From positions 1-51,465 of IMG/VR virus record IMGVR_UViG_3300025128_000057: a DNA stretch of 51,465 nt. One strand, 5' to 3'. Position numbers and translations under genes: made by a program. Positions 45,181-51,465 of this stretch are shown piece by piece (within the stretch, counting starts at the first letter, position 1; each line of letters opens with the position of its first letter). Below the pieces are notes generated by a model. That model saw only the letters and a program-made list of their open reading frames with translations, had not been told where the DNA came from and ran no database searches. The stretch comes from a virus. Taxonomy: Duplodnaviria; Caudoviricetes.

Positions 45181-45737
45181 TGGCTTCAACATATGAACTT
45201 CTTGGTGTTGCGACTGCTGATGGCAGTAGCCCAACCTCGCTGACTGTCGGAAGTATTCCCCAAACTTTTAAGGATCTGGAAATTATTGCGCTTCTTCAAG
45301 GCGTTACAACTAGCAACTTCGGCACCGAGGTTAAATTCCGTATTAACGGTCAAAGTGGTGGATATTACAACTACGGGCGCTATCGGAACTTAGGCAACGC
45401 ATCGGCCCCCACCTCAACACTCAGTGGCGACGACGGCATAGCTGTGACCGAAGGAGTGGGTGGGGGCACCGAGTCTTATAACTACTCAGCGACCTTAAAC
45501 AAGCTCTATATAGCTGGCTATACCGAAGCGTCAGGTGGCACACCAGAAACGGGTTTCACCTGCGGCACTCTAGTCTCATCAATGTTCTATGAAACTGGCT
45601 ACACAATGGAAGTGAATAACTGTCACTGGACGACAATAAATGCTGCCTGCGATCCAGTGACACAAATCTCGGCGCATACCACTATTGGTCTAATAGAAAA
45701 TTCTATCCTTGCCGTCTATGGAATTAGTAGGAGTTAA
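45180..45737 (+). CDS. Tail-tip paralog C1
   Basis: TADGSS, SIPQTFKDLEII, VYGI. Confidence 0.7.
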   Translation: MASTYELLGVATADGSSPTSLTVGSIPQTFKDLEIIALLQGVTTSNFGTEVKFRINGQSGGYYNYGRYRNLGNASAPTSTLSGDDGIAVTEGVGGGTESYNYSATLNKLYIAGYTEASGGTPETGFTCGTLVSSMFYETGYTMEVNNCHWTTINAACDPVTQISAHTTIGLIENSILAVYGISRS

Positions 45738-45739
45738 TT

Positions 45740-45958
45740 ATGGCAACCGTTATCGAATTTAATTGTGCAACTGGCAAGCAAACTTCACGGGAAGAAACCA
45801 GCGAAGAAAAAACGCAACGAGAAACCGATGCAGCGAACTTCAAAACCCAACGTGAAGCTGACGAAGCTGCTGAAGCTAAACGGGTAGCAGACAAGGCTTC
45901 AGGTGATGCGAAGCTGAAAGAGCTTGGTTTAACTGATGACGAGATTGCTGCACGATGA
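45740..45958 (+). CDS. Small chaperone-like protein D1
   Basis: NCATG...KASGDAKLKELGLTDDEIAAR. Confidence 0.7.
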   Translation: MATVIEFNCATGKQTSREETSEEKTQRETDAANFKTQREADEAAEAKRVADKASGDAKLKELGLTDDEIAAR

Positions 45959-46602
45959 GTTATGGCGTCAATGGGGGTGTGATTGGGCCAGAAAATGCGC
46001 CCACGACTTCTGCTGCTTCTGGCGTGTGGTCCTTAGGTGAACTGGCCGAAGCGGAACGTGACAGCCTATGGCCGGCCCCTTTCACTTCCCAATATGAATA
46101 CATAGCTGGCCATACGTTTGATGGATCAACCAGTAGCTACGAATTTACGAGCATTCCGCAGACCTATAACAGTTTAAGAATCGTTGCTACCGAGCTTGGG
46201 CAAAGCTCAAACATCGCCAGTCCTCGCATCCAATTAAACGGTGATACAGGGGCTTATTACGGATTTGCTTGGACTGGTTCTCACGGAGGAAGCATTACAA
46301 GCAGATTTGGTGGTCAGACAGGTCAAACCAGTATCGGCACTTATGACACGAACGAGGCCAGTACGCCGTCGGCACGGGAAATATTGCTTGACGGATACAC
46401 GCTTTCCAACATGGTAAGTCCAGTTCAATACCAGTTTGCGACTTGTGCCACTTCAGGAACCTCGAATATGTCAGCGAACTCAGCAGCAGCAGTGTTGCTA
46501 AACGGAACCGCAGCGATCACATCTCTCAAATATTTTGATCTCACCGGCTACACATTTGCTTCTGGTTCAACAATTCAGCTTTTCGGATTTAAGGACGCAT
46601 AG
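45955..46602 (+). CDS. Tail-tip paralog A2
   Basis: TSAASGVW...WP; HTFDGST; FTSIPQTY; NGDTG. Confidence 0.7.
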   Translation: MSYGVNGGVIGPENAPTTSAASGVWSLGELAEAERDSLWPAPFTSQYEYIAGHTFDGSTSSYEFTSIPQTYNSLRIVATELGQSSNIASPRIQLNGDTGAYYGFAWTGSHGGSITSRFGGQTGQTSIGTYDTNEASTPSAREILLDGYTLSNMVSPVQYQFATCATSGTSNMSANSAAAVLLNGTAAITSLKYFDLTGYTFASGSTIQLFGFKDA

Positions 46603-46604
46603 CG

Positions 46605-47135
46605 ATGGAACACATTGGCTCAGTTAGCGGCACCGGATCAGCGGCAACAATATCGCTGACAAGCATCCCGAACACGTACAACTCTCTTGTCCTCAAAGGC
46701 GTAGGGCACAGCACAAATACAGGTATAAATTCTGCCAATATTCGTTTCAACAGCGATTCAAACAGCAACTACGACTTCAACCGTGGTGGCCGTTACGACA
46801 ACGCAAACCTTGCTTTTCAAAGCGAAAACCAAACTGCTGCCAACTTCGCATATCTTCCCAACGCTAGTGACAACGTGGGAACAATGCTGATGCAACTTGA
46901 AATGAACATTTGGTCTTATCAAAAAGCTTCCACTCGTCCCGGTCGTGTTTGTTTCATGTGTCAAGCCAACTACCATTATTCGGGCACTAAACAAATCAAC
47001 TTCTTGTACACCGGCTGGTTTGACGGCAGCGGACCGGGCAACGCCGATGATGTGACCTCAATTCAGTTAGACATGGTGACAGGGAACTGGGGATCAAACA
47101 CCAAGTTTGATTTGTACGGAAGGGTGGACTCGTAA
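46605..47135 (+). CDS. Tail-tip paralog B2
   Basis: LTSIPNTY, RFNSDS, DVTSI, LYG. Confidence 0.7.
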   Translation: MEHIGSVSGTGSAATISLTSIPNTYNSLVLKGVGHSTNTGINSANIRFNSDSNSNYDFNRGGRYDNANLAFQSENQTAANFAYLPNASDNVGTMLMQLEMNIWSYQKASTRPGRVCFMCQANYHYSGTKQINFLYTGWFDGSGPGNADDVTSIQLDMVTGNWGSNTKFDLYGRVDS

Positions 47136-47137
47136 CG

Positions 47138-47656
47138 ATGGCGACAGCGACTTACAAATTTCTTGGGAAAGTCACAGCCGATGGTTCGTCAACAGTAATG
47201 ACTCTTTCAGGCATTCCACAAACACATCGAGATATTGAGATCATTTTTCAAGCAAAAACTGGTACGTCAAATGGAGCGGCTGGTGCTGACATCACTTTGA
47301 ATGGCGACACTGGATCGAACTACAGACAAAATGGTTGGGGCATAAACGGAACAACTCAATTAGGTAACGCTCAGGCCACTACTCATTTTGACATTAACTA
47401 CGGTTCAGGTCCGGGTACGGGTTCGGAAATGATGGGGTGGTGTCGAATGTATTTACTGAACTACGCCAACGCTGTTGACCATCCGGGCTGGTACATGAAC
47501 TCCAGTTGGGATAACTACACGACTGGCGCTCAGTGGTGGAGTGGCGCTCTTTATAACCCTTCAAGCGCAGCGGCGATTACCTCAGTGACATGGACCGCTG
47601 TTTACACACTTGAAGCAAATTGTTCAATCGCTGCGTACGGAATTGACTACAGCTAG
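47138..47656 (+). CDS. Tail-tip paralog C2
   Basis: TADGSS, GIPQTHRDIEII, NGDTGSNY, AYGI. Confidence 0.7.
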   Translation: MATATYKFLGKVTADGSSTVMTLSGIPQTHRDIEIIFQAKTGTSNGAAGADITLNGDTGSNYRQNGWGINGTTQLGNAQATTHFDINYGSGPGTGSEMMGWCRMYLLNYANAVDHPGWYMNSSWDNYTTGAQWWSGALYNPSSAAAITSVTWTAVYTLEANCSIAAYGIDYS

Positions 47657-47664
47657 GAGTTGTA

Positions 47665-47883
47665 ATGACAAAAATAGTTGAAATGAATTGTGAGACAGGT
47701 GTTGAAACTGTCCGTGATATGACGGACGAGGAAGAAACCGCGCATGCCACAATGCTGACGGCACACAACGAGCAAGTTGCTGCTGAACAAGCAGAAGCAG
47801 ATGCTAAAGCAGCAGCGAAAGCATCAGGTGACGCAAAGCTGAAAGAGCTTGGTTTAACTGACGAAGAAATTGCTGCTCGCTAG
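47665..47883 (+). CDS. Small chaperone-like protein D2
   Basis: NCETG...KASGDAKLKELGLTDEEIAAR. Confidence 0.7.
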   Translation: MTKIVEMNCETGVETVRDMTDEEETAHATMLTAHNEQVAAEQAEADAKAAAKASGDAKLKELGLTDEEIAAR

Positions 47884-47892
47884 GAGAAGCTA

Positions 47893-49020
47893 ATGGCGAA
47901 CGTTCTGGAAGTGTTGCAAGCCGCCGGTTTGGATGTTGAGGCGGAACCGGGTTGGGAAACACGGCGCGGTTCTAAGTATTCGTTTGATCACAGGCCGGGT
48001 GGCACGTTGGGGATGATTGTGCATCACACGGCTGCTGGCGGTTCAGCGGACATGCCGTGTCGCAACATCTGTGTGAACGGTCGATCAGATTTGAAGGGAC
48101 CGCTCGTTCAGTTCCTCCTCGGTCGATCCGGCAAACTGCTGTTGATCTCACAGAACCGTTGTAACCATGCTGGTCGTGGCTCATCCGAAGTCATCAAAGA
48201 CTTAGAAGCGAGCCGGGACATCACAACAGAGTTCGATGCTGGGCAAAGTGCATACAACGCACGCAACTTCGGTCGGGACAACGACTACCGCAAGGCTAAT
48301 GGCCGGTTCTGGGGTGTCGAAGTTGAGAACAACGGTATTGGTGAGGAATATTCCCAAGCCCAAATCAAAGCGCTAGTGAAACTTTGCGCTGCCATGTGTA
48401 AATGGCAAGGCTGGAATCACAACCGAATCATTCATCATCGTGAGTGGACTAGTCGTAAATACGACATGAGCTATACCGGGCCGTTGCGCGAGTACGTGCA
48501 GAAGATGATGGTTTCCAGCCAGTGGCGTGTACCCAAGAGTGCGGTCCAGAGTGGCACCACTCCGCCTGTAACGCCCCCTAAGCGATCCGCAGTGTTGAAA
48601 CAGGGAAGCGTGGGGGAAGAAGTTAAAGAGCTTCAGCAGGCGCTCTCAAAGCTCGGGTACCGAGTTGAGGTAACCGGCGATTTCGACACCGCTACTCATT
48701 ACGGGGTTGTCAGGTTCCAACGTAAACACCGATTGACGATTGACGGCATCGTTGGGCCTCAAACTTTGAGCAAGATTCGCTCTACACAGAAGCGACCATC
48801 AGTCACAACTGAAGTGCGCGAGTTTCCCGGCACGCTCATTAAGCGAGGTAGCCGTGGCCCGGATGTAAGATGGGTGCAACAACATATAGGAGTCAAGCTG
48901 ATTGATGGCGTGTTCGGTCGGGGAACCGAGCGTGCTGTAAAAGATTTCCAGAAGCGTCGTCGCCTGAAGGCGGACGGCATTATCGGTCGTCAAACTTGGT
49001 CGGCCATCCATAACGCATAG
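47893..49020 (+). CDS. Endolysin: amidase_2 plus two peptidoglycan-binding domains
   Basis: IVHHTA, NHAG, GVEVEN, HREW..RK.D; two DGI.G..T repeats. Confidence 0.9.
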   Translation: MANVLEVLQAAGLDVEAEPGWETRRGSKYSFDHRPGGTLGMIVHHTAAGGSADMPCRNICVNGRSDLKGPLVQFLLGRSGKLLLISQNRCNHAGRGSSEVIKDLEASRDITTEFDAGQSAYNARNFGRDNDYRKANGRFWGVEVENNGIGEEYSQAQIKALVKLCAAMCKWQGWNHNRIIHHREWTSRKYDMSYTGPLREYVQKMMVSSQWRVPKSAVQSGTTPPVTPPKRSAVLKQGSVGEEVKELQQALSKLGYRVEVTGDFDTATHYGVVRFQRKHRLTIDGIVGPQTLSKIRSTQKRPSVTTEVREFPGTLIKRGSRGPDVRWVQQHIGVKLIDGVFGRGTERAVKDFQKRRRLKADGIIGRQTWSAIHNA

Positions 49021-49028
49021 GAGTAACA

Positions 49029-49241
49029 ATGTTCAATAAAGTATTTCTCACGGACCTCGCAGAGCGAGCAGTATCAACTGCGCTTCAAGCATGGGCAGCG
49101 GCTTTCGCAGTTCCCGGTCCTGACGTTCTAGACTCAATCAAGATTGGTGCTGTCGCCGGTTTGGTTTCAGTCGCTAAAGCAATATCGGCTCGCAAAGTCG
49201 GTGACGACTCTGCATCTATAGCAAGGGTAAGTGAACAGTAA
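49029..49241 (+). CDS. Holin (r1t-like)
   Basis: DLAERAVSTALQ, two hydrophobic segments, VGD..SAS; follows endolysin. Confidence 0.75.
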   Translation: MFNKVFLTDLAERAVSTALQAWAAAFAVPGPDVLDSIKIGAVAGLVSVAKAISARKVGDDSASIARVSEQ

Positions 49242-49242
49242 A

Positions 49243-49557
49243 ATGAGTGACGCGTGGCTTAGTCCAACAAACAATTCCAATAAACGATCTATCCGTGAAG
49301 TTCAAATGGCTTTAGGTTTGCATGCTGATGGGCAATATGGCCCTCGGCTTGTTGCTGCTGTTTCTGAATTTCAGGCGACGAATGATTTAGTTGCCGATGG
49401 ATTGGTTGGCCCGTTGACGTGGGCTGCGCTCAATGGTGAGAAGCCGAAAGCTAAGAAGAAGGCTCCAGCCAAGAAGAAGGCTGAACCGAAAGAAGCCGAA
49501 GCGAAAGCACCAGCGAAAAAGAAAGCACCAGCCAAAAAGAAAGCTGCCGCAAAATAG
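49243..49557 (+). CDS. Peptidoglycan-binding domain with Lys/Ala-rich tail
   Basis: ADGQYGP...ADGLVGPLTWAAL then PAKKKA repeats; alternative GTG start 49231. Confidence 0.75.
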   Translation: MSDAWLSPTNNSNKRSIREVQMALGLHADGQYGPRLVAAVSEFQATNDLVADGLVGPLTWAALNGEKPKAKKKAPAKKKAEPKEAEAKAPAKKKAPAKKKAAAK

Positions 49558-49584
49558 AAAGAACCGCCCCCGAAGGAGCGGCCC
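49551..49584 (-). terminator. Intrinsic terminator
   Basis: GGGCCGCTCC-TTCG-GGGGCGGTTC-TTTCTATTTT on minus strand; resembles 19549 terminator. Confidence 0.85.
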
Positions 49585-49596
49585 CTCTACTTAGAT

Positions 49597-50091
49597 TTAG
49601 TAGTCGTAGGTGCTTCCACGAAGGTCAGCGCGAACGAGGTTCTCGCTGTACAGGCTGTCCTTGACCTTGATGCCGTTGTCGATGAACGCATCTCGAAGCC
49701 GGTATGAACCACTAGCGTGGTCGAACTTGTTCAGTTCAACGTGCATGCCAAGGTTTTCCAAGACGAAGATCGGTGCGTCGTATTCGTGCGCTGTTTTCTC
49801 AGTCTGGTATCCGTTGCGATTTACGGTTTCAACAGCGAAGCTCGTGCTGCTATCGCCGAGGGCGTAGTTGAATTCAAAGTAGTGGCAGCTAACGGCGCTG
49901 CAAGCGGTCCATGCTGGGCGACCGGCTCCGGGGAGAACGGTCAAGTTTCCGGTTCCTCCGCACTGGTCGTTCTGGACGATCAGGTGAGCTAGTTCCGCTG
50001 GGTCTACTTTGCGAGCGGTCTTGCTGGCGGTGCTGTAGTTAGGGATAGTGTTCATTTCGTTGGCTCCTTTGAGGTTTGGGGTTGCTGCCAT
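49597..50091 (-). CDS. Hypothetical protein (starts 50091 leaderless, 50055 SD-led)
   Basis: First gene after P11. Confidence 0.75.
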   Translation of the reverse strand: MAATPNLKGANEMNTIPNYSTASKTARKVDPAELAHLIVQNDQCGGTGNLTVLPGAGRPAWTACSAVSCHYFEFNYALGDSSTSFAVETVNRNGYQTEKTAHEYDAPIFVLENLGMHVELNKFDHASGSYRLRDAFIDNGIKVKDSLYSENLVRADLRGSTYDY

Positions 50092-50127
50092 GACAATAAC
50101 TATACACACTAGGGGGACCCCTTGCAA
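50091..50127 (-). promoter_or_regulatory. Family promoter P11 (homolog of P1)
   Basis: TTGCAA-17-TATAGT-7-ATGGCAGCAACC; operator 50109-50124. Confidence 0.85.
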
Positions 50128-50165
50128 CCAAAACAGGAGAATATTTGAGATTAATTTCTAAGCCC

Positions 50166-50265
50166 AAAAAATGAAGATCCCGTGACCGGTCAGGGGCCAC
50201 GGGATCTTCTACTCGTTGGGAGTCAAGGAGGGAGTTATGACAGCAACCGCCTCAACCAACGAGCG
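50166..50265 (-). ncRNA. Second copy of antisense hairpin plus terminator
   Basis: One substitution relative to 135-234. Confidence 0.6.
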
Positions 50266-50502
50266 TTATGTTGTTTCCTGCACGATAGCAGGAACGTTCT
50301 CCTTCAGCCACTCATCAGCGTGGCGTGCGAAACCCGCGTCCATCATGTAACGCCAGATCGCTTCCGCATCATTACCTGATCTCCGTAGCAGCGTTTCCAC
50401 AAACTCATCAGGAAGCTGTAACGAGGCAAGCCGGTTCACTAACGTGACTACCGCAGCTTGCTGACGCTTCGGCAGGTCAGTGATGCGATGAATCACCGTC
50501 AC
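50266..50502 (-). CDS. Hypothetical protein, variant of 235-471
   Basis: 69/78 aa identical. Confidence 0.8.
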   Translation of the reverse strand: MTVIHRITDLPKRQQAAVVTLVNRLASLQLPDEFVETLLRRSGNDAEAIWRYMMDAGFARHADEWLKENVPAIVQETT

Positions 50503-50942
50503 TCGATCACCAGCATTTCAAGCGTCGGCTCAAATTCATGGCCTGCCCTCGTGCGTTCCGCTGTTCGAAGTTTAAGATCAATGAACTCGTCGCCGGTCAT
50601 CAGGTCGCCGTTGTATTGGACCATCAGTTCATCAGCCATCTGCGTACCGAACTTGCTGGTACGGGTAGTCCAGTAAACCTCTGGCGTTGGGTGCTCAGGG
50701 TCAATCTCGCAGGTGCCGATTCCGAAGCCTTTGTTGCTGCGATCGTCGCCTTGAAGTTCGTTGAAGATCATCCGTGACAAGTAGTCCGGGTTGTTCCAAG
50801 CGTCACGGTTATCGTCAAGCGCTTTCGCTAAGACTTGGCAAATTTCGCTGCCGCGCCAGTGCGTATAGAAGTAGATATCTGATTCGCCGCTGACTTGTCC
50901 GACTAGCGGTTGATTGATTTGGATGTTTCCTCTATCACCCAT
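50499..50942 (-). CDS. Hypothetical protein, variant of 468-911
   Basis: Same length and motifs; divergent near C-terminus. Confidence 0.8.
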   Translation of the reverse strand: MGDRGNIQINQPLVGQVSGESDIYFYTHWRGSEICQVLAKALDDNRDAWNNPDYLSRMIFNELQGDDRSNKGFGIGTCEIDPEHPTPEVYWTTRTSKFGTQMADELMVQYNGDLMTGDEFIDLKLRTAERTRAGHEFEPTLEMLVIE

Positions 50943-50971
50943 GACAGTCCTTTCTGTTGTTGTTGCTGTCG

Positions 50972-51031
50972 TACTGCGGAGAGGAATTGAACCTCTCACT
51001 TCCCCGAACTTCGGAGGTAGCCTTTCGCAGC
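50972..51031 (-). ncRNA. tRNA-like element 1, variant lacking 8 nt of the central loop
   Basis: Acceptor and T-arm identical to 941-1008. Confidence 0.7.
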
Positions 51032-51046
51032 CCTACCCTGTGTGAA

Positions 51047-51367
51047 TCAGGCGTTCACCTCGTTCATGCGATCCAAGAAGCATTGAGCTTCTTCAGAGTG
51101 GACCACTAGGTTGTAGATGTCGTGCATTTCGCCAAACAACATTTTGGTAGCCAGAGCCTGAGCTTCAGCCATAGTCTTGAAGCTCTTGGAATGGCCTAGT
51201 TCAGGGCAACTCACGACGAAAGAATATTCTTTCTCGCCAGTGTCTGCGGTAACGGTTACGCCTTCAATGATGACGTTCAAATCAATGTTTGTCCGATTGC
51301 CTGTGAAACTTAGTTTGCGTGTTTCTGTATTCATTTCGGTTCCTCCTGAGGTTCCGGTTGCTGTCAT
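51047..51367 (-). CDS. Hypothetical protein, variant of 1024-1344
   Basis: Starts 51367/51334. Confidence 0.8.
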   Translation of the reverse strand: MTATGTSGGTEMNTETRKLSFTGNRTNIDLNVIIEGVTVTADTGEKEYSFVVSCPELGHSKSFKTMAEAQALATKMLFGEMHDIYNLVVHSEEAQCFLDRMNEVNA

Positions 51368-51403
51368 GTAATGAACTATACACACTAGGGCGGCCCCTAG
51401 CAA
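51367..51403 (-). promoter_or_regulatory. Family promoter P12 (copy of P2)
   Basis: Identical to 1344-1380. Confidence 0.85.
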
Positions 51404-51465
51404 CCTCATCCAGTAATTAATTCGAAGATTTCCATTTACGGTCACCAGCACCCCCACGCAAACCA

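Larger units (their letters stand above)
50052..51465. repeat. Diverged direct repeat, right copy
   Basis: Matches 11-1442. Confidence 0.95.

Noticed and set aside
43937-47883. Diversity-generating retroelement or invertible shufflon in tail-tip genes
   Set aside because: No reverse transcriptase, invertase, adenine-specific TR/VR pair or inverted crossover sites seen
50-51403. Repeated promoter motif as CRISPR repeats or recombinase sites
   Set aside because: Dispersed, degenerate, fixed to -35/-10 geometry; no spacers, cas genes or recombinase seen
1-51465. Integrated prophage or lysogeny module
   Set aside because: No integrase, CI-like repressor, ParA or host flanking genes recognised; the ParB-N gene belongs to the modification operon

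Overview
Essentially one complete genome (about 50 kb unit length) of a long-tailed dsDNA phage (siphovirus layout). The host is probably an actinobacterium (WhiB gene, leaderless promoters). The last ~1.4 kb (about 50052-51465) is a diverged second copy of 11-1442. Modules: leftward early/replication arm (HNH, SLT transglycosylase, helicase loader, HTH initiator with iterons, DUF932-like, RecT-like); rightward middle arm (SSB, RusA-like, WhiB); a putative DNA base-hypermodification cluster (ParB-N, TET/JBP dioxygenase, aGPT-PPlase-like transferase, FkbM methyltransferase, CX5R phosphatase, P-loop kinase); terminase, portal, head, tail and lysis genes. No integrase, DNA polymerase or CRISPR was recognised. 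The most striking unexplained structure is a candidate RNA-level regulon. (i) Twelve copies of a sigma70/SigA-type promoter carry a 16-bp palindromic operator and start transcripts with a shared leader, (A/G)TG(A/G)CAG(C/T)AA. (ii) That leaderless AUG is in frame with a second, SD-led AUG 11-13 codons downstream. (iii) D-armless tRNA-like elements sit directly before the same leader inside operons. (iv) A conserved 3'-UTR hairpin carries the antisense of the leader plus an anti-SD tract; leader variation in positions 1-10 is G-U-wobble compatible with it. Protein family calls come from motif recognition by eye, not database searches.
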